Below, piece after piece: positions 1 to 8,985 of a DNA stretch of 64,000 bases. Position numbers and translations under genes: made by a program. Source of the DNA: Candidatus Cloacimonadota bacterium (GTDB lineage Bacteria; Cloacimonadota; Cloacimonadia; G963667145); the NCBI GenBank assembly GCA_963676615.1, contig OY781092.1, positions 192,001 through 256,000 on the forward strand, written 5' to 3'. Under the pieces are notes generated by a model. It had not been told where the DNA came from and made no database searches. It worked only from the letters and a program-made list of their open reading frames with translations. How positions within the stretch are numbered: the stretch's first letter is position 1; each line of letters begins with the position of its first letter.

Positions 1-1934
1 GCTTTGTCGCCGTGATAATGCACAACTTCGGTCTTCATCTGGAATTTTTTGGCTTCGGCTATCCAGTTGTAAATCAAGGTCTTAGGGCAGATAACCAAAC
101 TGTTTTTGCCTTTGGGCATCATCGCCGCTACGGACAAAGCTTGCAAAGTTTTCCCAGTTCCCATTTCGTCCGCCAAAACGCCATTTAGGTGGTAGCTTTC
201 CAAAGTTTTTAGCCAGTCGAACCCTTTTTGCTGATAGCTTCGCAGCCATTTTTTTAGCGGCGAGGGAGTGATATTTTTTTTGCTCCTTTGCAAAAGGTCG
301 TTGACCATCTGCTGCAGATATTGGTCGTCGATAGTCGTTTGGCTGCCCTCTAACGCCTTGATTTGCATAAGCTTATAGTTGGGTAGTGCCCACAGATTTT
401 TCGCTTTGTGACTGCCAGAAGCTAAGATTTCTTCGATTTGTTTGACCTTGTCGAACGAACTCTGGGAGATGATAATTTTTTTGTCGTCGCTGATTTGATA
501 GCTGTTTTTTTTCGTTTTTCGCATTTTGCGCAAGGTCTCAAACGGAATGTTTACGCGCTCGAATTTGAAGTTGATGTCGATTCCCAAAAGGTTTTTTTGC
601 TCTAGCGAGTGGATGTCGAACTCTGGCAAAAGCTCCACTTTTTGCGTCAAAAGCTCCTTCAGCTCTTTGGTCAAACTCACTTGCCATGCGGGATTGACGA
701 TTTGGTAGATTTTGTCTTTAATCAGCTCGACCTCGTAGCCAGTGAACTCGGTGAATTGCGAAATCGGCTTGCTTATTTTGTCGAAATAGCTCTTCACTTC
801 AAGCATAAAATCGGCAGGAAGGTAGCACCATTTCTCGCCATCTTCGAAATTTTGCAAGCTCAGGCTGAACGAGTCAACGATTTTTTCGACCGACAGCAAG
901 TGGTATTCGTCGAAGAAAATTTCGGCGTCCATTGTCACTTTTCCTGGAGGATGCGAGAAGCGTAAGCGCAGATTGGGCAAGGTTTGCAAGTGTTTTGGCA
1001 CTTCGCATTCGATGTTGAGTTCGTGGCCTTCGCTCTCCAATTTTTTTCGGATCAAAAAATCCAAAAAGACCAGCTCATTGTCGTTTAGGTAGTATTCGCC
1101 CTGCAAAAAACTTTCGATTTTGGCTTTGCTGAACGGCAAATTTATCGTGTAGATGTGGTTGAGCGAGCAAAAATAGAGCGTGTCGCTGACGAAATAGTTG
1201 TAGGTGCTGAACTTAGTGCAGATCGACATTTTGCGTGTTTTGGAAACTTTGATGGAAAATTTTGGCTTTTTTTGCGAAAAAATCAGGTCGTTTTCGTTCT
1301 CTTTTAGTTTGATTTGCCCAGCGTCGAACCCTTTTAGGATAAACAAAAGTTGCGGTATTTTTTCTGTGGGAATTGTGAAAAATTTTAGTTTGCGATTGCT
1401 GAATGTGCGATTGTTTATCAAAAATTTGAGCAGCGTCAGGTCTTGGTCGGAAAAAAGCTCTCTGTTTTGTTTGATGCTCTCGATTGTTAACTCTGGAAAG
1501 CCCTGCAGGTAGATGCGCAGCGGAGTTTTGTGGAGCAATAGGTTTTCGATGTAGATTTTTTTTTGCGAATGAAGAGTCTGGAATTTGTCAAAAATGTCGA
1601 TTTCGTGCTCGATGTCTGCGACTTTTTCGCTTTCGAGCAAATCTTTTGCGCTAAGGTGGTGATAGCAGTAATCGACGGCGGAAAAATAGTGGGTGCAGTC
1701 GTTTTTTTTGCAGTAGTAGCAGTGGTGCGAGGCGACTTTGTCGTCTTTTAGGTTGTAGTCGATTTGCACTTTGAAGCGCATCGCATTGTTTTCTGGCGGC
1801 AGAAATAAGCAGATTTTGTAGCTGTCTTCGCCGATTTTTCGGGCGGTAAATTTCAGCTGGTTTTTGCCAAATTTTATGGCGTCTTGGAAGAGCCAAGAGC
1901 TGGATTGACGAAGGTATTCTCTCTTTAAAATCAT
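1..1934 (-). CDS. SWIM zinc finger / SNF2-family helicase (3' end runs off the window)
   Basis: Not in the ORF track because it has no stop inside the window. Translated by hand at both ends from ATG 1934: N-terminal HCYYCKKNDCTHY (SWIM-like), then LRSYQQKGSDWL...GVLADEMGTGKTLQAL...LVICPKTLIYNW (SNF2 motifs I/Ia) in the same frame. Confidence 0.9.
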   Translation of the reverse strand, partial: MILKREYLRQSSSWLFQDAIKFGKNQLKFTARKIGEDSYKICLFLPPENNAMRFKVQIDYNLKDDKVASHHCYYCKKNDCTHYFSAVDYCYHHLSAKDLLESEKVADIEHEIDIFDKFQTLHSQKKIYIENLLLHKTPLRIYLQGFPELTIESIKQNRELFSDQDLTLLKFLINNRTFSNRKLKFFTIPTEKIPQLLFILKGFDAGQIKLKENENDLIFSQKKPKFSIKVSKTRKMSICTKFSTYNYFVSDTLYFCSLNHIYTINLPFSKAKIESFLQGEYYLNDNELVFLDFLIRKKLESEGHELNIECEVPKHLQTLPNLRLRFSHPPGKVTMDAEIFFDEYHLLSVEKIVDSFSLSLQNFEDGEKWCYLPADFMLEVKSYFDKISKPISQFTEFTGYEVELIKDKIYQIVNPAWQVSLTKELKELLTQKVELLPEFDIHSLEQKNLLGIDINFKFERVNIPFETLRKMRKTKKNSYQISDDKKIIISQSSFDKVKQIEEILASGSHKAKNLWALPNYKLMQIKALEGSQTTIDDQYLQQMVNDLLQRSKKNITPSPLKKWLRSYQQKGFDWLKTLESYHLNGVLADEMGTGKTLQALSVAAMMPKGKNSLVICPKTLIYNWIAEAKKFQMKTEVVHYHGDK

Positions 1935-1963
1935 TGTCTCAAGGCGGTAATATTTTTGGTGGC

Positions 1964-1969
1964 TGTCAA
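1964..1969 (-). promoter_or_regulatory. -35 element TTGACA for the SNF2 gene; spacing predicts a leaderless transcript
   Basis: TTGACA ends 30 nt before the A of the ATG at 1934; no Shine-Dalgarno visible. Confidence 0.5.
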
Positions 1970-2098
1970 GCAAAGAGTTTTTATTTTTGGTCGTTTTTTT
2001 TTGGCGAGAAATAAAATCTTGACGGCTGAGTGAGTTTTTGCTGAAAAGGGAGAGAGAGTTTTTTGGACGAAAACGGTTTTGTGGAGTTTGTGAAAATT

Positions 2099-2458
2099 AT
2101 GGATATTTCAAAAAAAATCGCGCAGATGAAGAAAATGCCGGGCTTTGTGGAGAATGTCGGAATGGTTTTGGCGCATAACGGGATTGTGCGTGGACGCAGC
2201 CGAGATGGTAAGCTGGTGAAGTTTTTGCGGGTGAAGACCGATTATGAGAAAATCGAGGTTTTGCGGCGGAAATATTGCCAAGCGGACGGAATTTTTGCCG
2301 TGGAGGTGGAGGCGAAAGAGGGGATGTTCTCGCCGGGTGACGATTTGTTGTTTATTGTGGTGGCTGGCGATATTCGCCCGAATGTGAAGCGGGCGCTTTC
2401 GGAGCTTTTGGAAGAGGTGAAGGCGACTTGTTTTTCGAAGACGGAAGAGCTTTTTTAA
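2099..2458 (+). CDS. moaE: Molybdopterin synthase large subunit (MoaE-like)
   Basis: VGMVLAHNGIVRG...GDDLLFIVVAGDIRPNV...EVK...KTE; ATG 2099 preferred over upstream TTG. Confidence 0.8.
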   Translation: MDISKKIAQMKKMPGFVENVGMVLAHNGIVRGRSRDGKLVKFLRVKTDYEKIEVLRRKYCQADGIFAVEVEAKEGMFSPGDDLLFIVVAGDIRPNVKRALSELLEEVKATCFSKTEELF

Positions 2459-2473
2459 TTTAAGGAGAAATTT

Positions 2474-2917
2474 ATGGAGAAGTTGCCCATTGCCAGTGAC
2501 CACGCTGGTTTTGAGTTGAAGCAGAAGTTGGCGGAGTATTTGCGCAAGCGGTTTGCGGTGATCGATTTTGGGTGCGAGAGTCCTGCGTCTATCGACTATT
2601 CGGACTACGGTTTTCCTTTGGCAGAGGCTGTGGCAAGCGGCGAGTTTTCGCGGGGAATTTTGTTGTGCGGTTCTGGCGTTGGAATGAGCATCGTTGCCAA
2701 TAAAGTGCGCGGAATTCGGGCGGCTCTTTGCCATTGTGTGGAGTTTGCGCGGCTGTCTCGCCAGCATAACAACGCCAGTGTTTTGGCGCTTCCTGCGCGG
2801 TTTGTGAGCTTTGAGCTGGCTAAGGAGATTGTTGATGCTTGGCTGGCGACGGAGTTCGAGGGCGGTCGCCATCAGAAGCGACTGGATAAAATCGCAGAGT
2901 ATGAAAAAAGGCGGTAG
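2474..2917 (+). CDS. rpiB: Ribose-5-phosphate isomerase B
   Basis: IASDHAGFELK, CGSGVGMSIVANKV, RQHNNASVL, FEGGRHQKR; AAGGAG RBS. Confidence 0.95.
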   Translation: MEKLPIASDHAGFELKQKLAEYLRKRFAVIDFGCESPASIDYSDYGFPLAEAVASGEFSRGILLCGSGVGMSIVANKVRGIRAALCHCVEFARLSRQHNNASVLALPARFVSFELAKEIVDAWLATEFEGGRHQKRLDKIAEYEKRR

Positions 2918-2919
2918 GA

Positions 2920-3630
2920 GTGGTAAAGCATAAGGGCTTAGCTTTGCCGTTGTCGATTGTTTTGTCTGCCTGCATTTTGGGATTTTCGGCTTTTTTGGCG
3001 GTGAGGCAAATCGGGTTTGTTGGTCGCAGTGTTGCGGTGAAGGGGCTGGCGGAAAGGATTGTAGATGCGGATGTGGTTAGCTGGCCGATCAAAATTACTG
3101 GCGTGTCGAACGATGTGTCGGCGCTGACTGCGGATATGCGGAAAAAGACGGAGATTGTTTGTAAATTTTTGCAAAATAACGGACTGGATTCTGGTGACTT
3201 TCAAAAGTCGTCTTTTAATGTAATCGATAGGAAGGCGAATCTTTATGCTGGAGATCAGAAGTTTTCGTATCGGTATTTTTGCGTTAGCACCGTTGTGGTT
3301 TATACGCATAAGGTTGAAAATGTGCGGAAAGCTTTTACGGTTTTGCCAGATTTGGTAAAGCAAGGAATTTTGATAAATACGAACAATTATGACTCGCAGC
3401 CCAGCTATTTTTACACAAAACTTTCGGAGCTAAAGCCGCAGATGATTCAGCAGGCGACCGAAAATGCGAGGGAGGTTGCATTGAAATTTGCTCAAGATTC
3501 GCAAAGCAAAGTGGGCAAAATTAAATCGGCAAGCCAAGGCTTGTTTACGATTGTGGATAGAGATAATTCTACACCATATATCAAAAAGGTGCGTGTAGTT
3601 TCAACCGTTAACTATTATTTGGTGGATTAG
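2920..3630 (+). CDS. SIMPL/DUF541 domain membrane-anchored protein
   Basis: N-terminal TM, RSVAVKGLAER, LKPQMIQQATENAR, IKSASQGLFTI, KKVRVVSTVNY. Confidence 0.85.
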   Translation: MVKHKGLALPLSIVLSACILGFSAFLAVRQIGFVGRSVAVKGLAERIVDADVVSWPIKITGVSNDVSALTADMRKKTEIVCKFLQNNGLDSGDFQKSSFNVIDRKANLYAGDQKFSYRYFCVSTVVVYTHKVENVRKAFTVLPDLVKQGILINTNNYDSQPSYFYTKLSELKPQMIQQATENAREVALKFAQDSQSKVGKIKSASQGLFTIVDRDNSTPYIKKVRVVSTVNYYLVD

Positions 3631-3651
3631 GTAAAATTTAAGGGAGGAAAA

Positions 3652-6117
3652 ATGGCAGAGAAAATCTTGGATTTGGAAAAGTGTTTGGCAGACTTGGACG
3701 CAAGCAAAGAAGGGCTGAACACAGAAGAAGCGGCGAAGAGGCTGGAAAAATACGGCGTCAACGCTTTGCCAGAGAAAAAAATTAGTAGATGGAAAATTCT
3801 TTTTAAATCTTTTTGGGGGCCGATACCGTGGATGATTGAGGCTGCGGCAATTTTGTCGGCAATCATACAGCATTGGCAAGATTTTTCCATTATTGTGTTT
3901 ATGCTTGTGCTTAACGCTTTGATTGAGTTTGTTCAAAGTAGCAAGGCACAGTCTGCTCTAGAGGCGCTGAAAAAATCTATGGCGTTATATGCTCATACTT
4001 TGCGTGATGGCAAATGGACAAAAATTCCAGCAAAAGAGTTGGTGCCTGGAGATGTTATTCATTTAACGAACGGTGATATTATTCCTGCGGATGCGGTGCT
4101 TTTGGAAGGCGAGTATCTGTCTGTTGACCAATCCTCACTTACTGGCGAATCTTTGCCGGTTAACAAAAAGCCAGGAAACCCAGCTTATTCGGGATCTATT
4201 GTTAAGCAAGGGGATATGAAAGCGGTTGTGCAAAAAACGGGTGCGAACACTTTTTTTGGGGAGACAGCGAAATTGGTGCAAACCGCTGGGCGAGTCTCGC
4301 AATTCCAAAAATCTATTTTGGCGATTGGCAAATTTTTGATCTTGGGTTCGCTAGTTTTGTCGGTGGTTATTATTGCCGATGGGTTGCATCTTCATTCAAA
4401 ACCGCTTGAGCTGATTCAGCTGGTGTTGGTGCTGATTGTGGCGAGTATTCCTGTGGCGATGCCGGCAGTGCTTTCGGTGACGATGGCTTTGGGAGCTTTG
4501 GCTTTGTCCAAAAGAGGCGCGATTGTCTCCAGATTGCAAGCAATAGAGGAGATGGCTGGGGTGAATATTTTGTGCTCTGACAAAACAGGCACATTGACTC
4601 AAAACAAATTGACCCTGAGAGACCCGATTCTTTTTTCTGCCAAGGATGCTCAAGAGGCAATTTTGATGGGGGCTTTGGCTTCAAATAAAAATTCTGAAGA
4701 TGCGATAGATTCGACGATCGTGGCAAAAGCCGAGGGTTTGTCCGATTTTGAGCAAACCAAATTCATTCCGTTCGATCCTGTTGGCAAAAAAACTGTCGGT
4801 TATGTGAAAGACGGTAGCGAGAGTTTTGTTGTCAGCAAAGGCGCTCCGCAAGTTATCATCGAAATGTGTGTCGATTCTCAGGAGATTAAAGATAAGGCGA
4901 GCGGAATTGTAGAAGAATTGGCGAAAAAAGGTCTTCGTGCGCTTGCTGTGGGCAAAGGCAAAGACGAGAAAAGTTTGACTCTGAACAGCATAATCACGAT
5001 GTACGATCCGCCGCGCGTGGACTCCAAGCAGACAATTGAAGAGACGAAAAATTATGGCATCGATGTGAAAATGGTCACCGGGGACGATTTGGCTATTGGC
5101 AAGCAGATTTCTGGAGAGCTTGGTTTGGGAACGAGAATGCTGGCTGCGGCAGATGTTTTTGCCGACACAAAAGATGTAAATTCGCCGTCACACAAAACAA
5201 TCGAGCTGATCGAGAAGGCGCAAGGTTTCGCCAGAGTTTTTCCCGAGCATAAATACGGAATCGTTAAAACTTATCAAAATTTGAAAAATGTGGTAGCTAT
5301 GACAGGCGATGGCGTGAACGATGCGCCTGCGCTGAAACAAGCGGATGTGGGTATTGCGGTGTCTGGTGCGACAGATGCAGCCAGGGGCGCGGCCGACCTT
5401 ATCTTGACCAGACCTGGATTGTCGGTAATCGTTTCCGCCGTTAACGAAGCTCGAAAGATTTTCGACAGAATGATCTCTTATGTCACTTATCGGGTGGCGA
5501 TGACGATCGACTTGATGCTTTTTGTGACTTTGTCGATTGTGATGACTGGGTTGGAGCCGCTCAATGCGATGATGGTGATACTTTTGGCGCTTTTGGACGA
5601 TATCCCAATTATGACCATCGCTTACGACAACACTAAAACTGCTAAAAACCCTGTTCGTTGGAGATTGAAAAAAGTTCTGACAGTGGCGACAGTGCTTGGT
5701 ATGGTTAGTGTTGGGCAAAACTTTGGGCTTTTGCATTTGACTGCGAAATTTTTTAGCGCTGCGGACATTGTTCATATTCAAAGTATGATGTTTTTGCAGT
5801 TGGTAGTTGGTGGGCACTTGCTTCTGTTGATAACTCGTCACAAAAGCTGGTTTTTCCTAAAACCATTTCCTTCGGCAAAGCTATTTTTGGCAATCGTGAT
5901 AACGCAATTGGTGGCTGTGATTTTGTGTCGCTACGGAATTTTGATCGAGGCAATCGGTTGGGACGCCATCGGGTTTGTTTGGGCTTATTGCATTGTTTGG
6001 ATGTTTATTTTGAATATCGTGAGAATGGCAGTCGAAAAAGCTTTTTCCAAAGGGAAAGACGAGGAAAGATTTGAGGATGTGAACAACTCTGTGAAGCTCC
6101 ACGACGCTTTAAATTAA
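3652..6117 (+). CDS. P-type H+-ATPase (type IIIA, plasma-membrane proton-efflux family)
   Basis: FWGPIPWMIEAAA, TGES, ASIPVAMPAV, CSDKTGTLT, KGAPQV, MTGDGVNDAPALK, LLDDIPIMTIAYD. Confidence 0.93.
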   Translation: MAEKILDLEKCLADLDASKEGLNTEEAAKRLEKYGVNALPEKKISRWKILFKSFWGPIPWMIEAAAILSAIIQHWQDFSIIVFMLVLNALIEFVQSSKAQSALEALKKSMALYAHTLRDGKWTKIPAKELVPGDVIHLTNGDIIPADAVLLEGEYLSVDQSSLTGESLPVNKKPGNPAYSGSIVKQGDMKAVVQKTGANTFFGETAKLVQTAGRVSQFQKSILAIGKFLILGSLVLSVVIIADGLHLHSKPLELIQLVLVLIVASIPVAMPAVLSVTMALGALALSKRGAIVSRLQAIEEMAGVNILCSDKTGTLTQNKLTLRDPILFSAKDAQEAILMGALASNKNSEDAIDSTIVAKAEGLSDFEQTKFIPFDPVGKKTVGYVKDGSESFVVSKGAPQVIIEMCVDSQEIKDKASGIVEELAKKGLRALAVGKGKDEKSLTLNSIITMYDPPRVDSKQTIEETKNYGIDVKMVTGDDLAIGKQISGELGLGTRMLAAADVFADTKDVNSPSHKTIELIEKAQGFARVFPEHKYGIVKTYQNLKNVVAMTGDGVNDAPALKQADVGIAVSGATDAARGAADLILTRPGLSVIVSAVNEARKIFDRMISYVTYRVAMTIDLMLFVTLSIVMTGLEPLNAMMVILLALLDDIPIMTIAYDNTKTAKNPVRWRLKKVLTVATVLGMVSVGQNFGLLHLTAKFFSAADIVHIQSMMFLQLVVGGHLLLLITRHKSWFFLKPFPSAKLFLAIVITQLVAVILCRYGILIEAIGWDAIGFVWAYCIVWMFILNIVRMAVEKAFSKGKDEERFEDVNNSVKLHDALN

Positions 6118-6198
6118 TTGTTGCGCCAAGCAGCCCAAAATGGTTTACTTGACAAAATTTCGTGTTTTAAGGCTTTGTTTAGCCGTAGGAGATTTAGG

Positions 6199-7158
6199 AT
6201 GAAAGTTTCTGTTTTGGGCTGTGGGCGATGGGGCGGGTTTATCGCTTGGTATTTGAGTGAGATCAAGAAGTTTGCTGTCACCAGCTGGGGACCTGCTCAA
6301 GATCCGATTTTTCAGCAGCTAGCCTCCACGGGCGCGAACGATTACCTAAAATTCCCCGAAAGTATTGAAATCACTAGCGATTTACAACAGGCGTTGCAGG
6401 CTGATTTGCTGATTATCTCGATAAGTAGCCAGCGTCTCAGGGAGTTTGCCCGCAAGCTAAATCAGCACGATTTGTGTGGAAAAACTTTTGTTTTGGCGAT
6501 GAAAGGAATCGAAGAAAATACTGGTCAGAGGCTCTCGCAGGTGATGCGGCAGGAGATAAGTCAACCGATTGATGTGGCGATTTGGGTCGGACCTGGGCAT
6601 GTGCAAAGTTTTACCAAAATGGTGCCGAATTGTATGGTGATTTGTTCCGAGAAAAAGGAGCTAACTGTTAGACTGGCAAAGCTTTTAGAAAGTTCGCTGA
6701 TTCGGTTTTATTATGGAGACGATATGCTCGGCAACGAGGTCGGCGCTGCTGCCAAAAATGTGATGGGACTTGCCGCTGGAATGTTGGACGGTCTTGGTTT
6801 GCAGGCGCTCAAAGGTGCACTGATGGCAAGGGGCGCTAGAGAGGTCGCTCGGCTGATTTGTGCGATGGGCGGCAAAGAGCTCACCGCTTATGGATTGTGT
6901 CATCTTGGCGATTACGAGGCGACGCTTTTTTCGGCAAACAGCAATAATCGAAAATTTGGACAGATGATAGTTGAGGGTAAAGAATTCGACAAACTGGCAG
7001 AGGGAGTGGCGACCAGTAGCGCGCTTTTGCGGATAGCCAGTCAGCTGGAGGTCGATATGCCGATTACAAAAGTCGTCAACAAGGTTGTGAACAAACAGGC
7101 GGAGGCTGAGCAGCAGTTGAAAAATCTGTTTTTGCGCCCGTTGAAAAGGGAGTTTTAG
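6199..7158 (+). CDS. gpsA: NAD(P)H-dependent glycerol-3-phosphate dehydrogenase
   Basis: MKVSVLGCGRWG Rossmann motif, KGIE, AAKNVMGLAAG, LGD...S.NSNNRKFG, AEGVAT; AGGAG upstream of ATG 6199. Confidence 0.9.
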   Translation: MKVSVLGCGRWGGFIAWYLSEIKKFAVTSWGPAQDPIFQQLASTGANDYLKFPESIEITSDLQQALQADLLIISISSQRLREFARKLNQHDLCGKTFVLAMKGIEENTGQRLSQVMRQEISQPIDVAIWVGPGHVQSFTKMVPNCMVICSEKKELTVRLAKLLESSLIRFYYGDDMLGNEVGAAAKNVMGLAAGMLDGLGLQALKGALMARGAREVARLICAMGGKELTAYGLCHLGDYEATLFSANSNNRKFGQMIVEGKEFDKLAEGVATSSALLRIASQLEVDMPITKVVNKVVNKQAEAEQQLKNLFLRPLKREF

Positions 7159-8049
7159 TTGGAAATGTTGAGAAAGCACAAAAAGTTGTTTTTGCTAGTT
7201 GCGATGGTTGCGGTCGTTTATTATGGAATTTATTTGTATTCTAAGGATAAGATAACGCCTTTGCAGGTAAGCAGTTATGTGAACTACTACGACTCTGATT
7301 TGGCGCTGCAGGTAGCCGAGGTTGAGTATATTTTCCCATCGTGGCTGATTATGAAAAAGGGGACGCTTTTTTACAAGCAAGAGCCGGTTTTTAACTTTGA
7401 CAAGGCGAAAATTACTTTGAGTCTTTTTTCGATTTTTTGGAAGGAAAAGCGGTTTAAGTTCGATATTTTTTCCGCTGGAGGCAAGATTGACGGTAGATAT
7501 TCTGGCGATAAGTTGGAGATTGATGCGCAAAATATTGATTTGAGCCTTGTGCCGTTGACGAAGGCGTATGAGTTGAAGGGTGATTTGGATTTGAAGCTCG
7601 ATTTGAAGTTGAAAGACGGCAAAGTCAAAAATGGCGGTTGCAACGCTTTGGTCGAGAATGTCGGATTTAGCGGCGTAAACGATTATGTGACGGATACTTC
7701 GCTTAATCTTGGTAGCGTTTTTGTGGAGACGAGGGTGAACGACGATGATTTGGAGATTACCAGGTTTGAGATTGTCGGCAAAGAGCTGAATATGCAGAGT
7801 TTGGGCAGGTTGAAATTTTTGGAGGATAATCGTCAGATTTTGGAGCTAAAGGGCAAAAAGCAGTTTGCTCCGACTTTTTTTGAGAAGATCGAAAACGGCT
7901 TTTTTGTGGGGCTGTATTTTGCGGACGCTATCGGCAAAGATTGTTATTTTATGGTCGATTATTCGGACGACGGGCTAGATTATCGGCAGTTGAGTAATCG
8001 GGAACAAGTGGAAAGGCTCGAGAAAAAATTGCAAGAAAAAAGTAGATAG
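7159..8049 (+). CDS. Membrane-anchored beta-rich protein, GspN-like
   Basis: N-terminal TM followed by a beta-strand-rich body (ITLSLFSIF, GGKIDG, NIDLSLVP, LKGDLDL) reminiscent of GspN/AsmA-like proteins. Confidence 0.4.
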   Translation: MEMLRKHKKLFLLVAMVAVVYYGIYLYSKDKITPLQVSSYVNYYDSDLALQVAEVEYIFPSWLIMKKGTLFYKQEPVFNFDKAKITLSLFSIFWKEKRFKFDIFSAGGKIDGRYSGDKLEIDAQNIDLSLVPLTKAYELKGDLDLKLDLKLKDGKVKNGGCNALVENVGFSGVNDYVTDTSLNLGSVFVETRVNDDDLEITRFEIVGKELNMQSLGRLKFLEDNRQILELKGKKQFAPTFFEKIENGFFVGLYFADAIGKDCYFMVDYSDDGLDYRQLSNREQVERLEKKLQEKSR

Positions 8050-8061
8050 GGAGCGAGGATT

Positions 8062-8985
8062 CTGAGATTTTTACTTTTTTGCAATGGGACGATAGGCAAC
8101 ACAATAATGTATTCTCCTATTTTTCGTGCTTTGAAAAATTTATCGCCGAGTGCGCAAGTTGATGTTGTTTTTAGCGATTTTGGTGCAGAACTTTACTCAC
8201 AGGATGCTAATATCGACAAAATTTTTCTTTTTAATCGTAAGCAAGATTCGCTCAAAAAGCAGTTTCGGTTGGTCAGGGAGTTCCGCAAAGCTCATTACGA
8301 TTTTTCTTTGCATTTGCGTAGCGGCGTTCGCAACGAGATGTTGGCTTGTTTTGGAGGAGCAAAAAAGCGCTTGGGGCGCAATCTAAAAGGTTCGTGCCAA
8401 TTTCTGACGAGCTATGTGAGCAAAATTGCAAATCAGCACGCTAAGGATGAGTATAAGGAGTTTTTGAAAGCTATTTTTGGGCAAGAAAAGGGATTTTTAC
8501 CTTATTTGCCCGCAAATGTAGAGGAAAGCGAGAATGTCGAGCGTTTTTTGTTGTCGCAAAATGTGGAAAAAGGTTTTGTAGTTGTGCATCCTTTTGGAGA
8601 TACGATTTCGCCTGATTGCTGGCGGAGCGATATTTTTGGCAAGATTATAAGTCGACTTCAGTTGCCTGTTTTTGTTTTGGGACGGCAAAAAGAGGTTGAG
8701 AATTTCCCCTTTTTTGCGGAGTCAAAGGCGAAATTTTTGACGGATAAAAATCTTGGATTTGTTTCGGAATTGCTGAGGCGAGCTACTTTTTTTGTGGGCA
8801 ATGATAGCGGAATTTTTCACATTGCGGAGTGTCATAAAGTTAAAAGTTTTGTTTTTTTTCAAAACGATAAGGCGAATTTTTTGAAATGGTCGCCGATAGA
8901 AAAAAGTTCCAAAAGCTTTTTCGCAAAAGATTTTTCAGACGAAAAATTGGGAGAAATTGTGGGTGAAATAAATGAAAAAGCTTAA
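8062..8985 (+). CDS. Glycosyltransferase family 9 (heptosyltransferase-like), probable CTG start
   Basis: VVVHPFG, FVGNDSGIFHIA; the frame extends upstream of ATG 8107 as (L)RFLLFCNGTIGNTIM, matching the GT9 N-terminal IGD motif. Confidence 0.85.
   Translation: MRFLLFCNGTIGNTIMYSPIFRALKNLSPSAQVDVVFSDFGAELYSQDANIDKIFLFNRKQDSLKKQFRLVREFRKAHYDFSLHLRSGVRNEMLACFGGAKKRLGRNLKGSCQFLTSYVSKIANQHAKDEYKEFLKAIFGQEKGFLPYLPANVEESENVERFLLSQNVEKGFVVVHPFGDTISPDCWRSDIFGKIISRLQLPVFVLGRQKEVENFPFFAESKAKFLTDKNLGFVSELLRRATFFVGNDSGIFHIAECHKVKSFVFFQNDKANFLKWSPIEKSSKSFFAKDFSDEKLGEIVGEINEKA

Noticed and set aside
2920..8985. Five consecutive genes in one reading frame, three junctions being TAG; other in-frame TAG junctions at 17554, 37300, 44934 and 62527 (possible amber readthrough or recoding)
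   Set aside because: The TAGs fall at the expected C-termini, most downstream genes have their own RBS and start, and about as many TAG junctions are out of frame. Consistent with chance.
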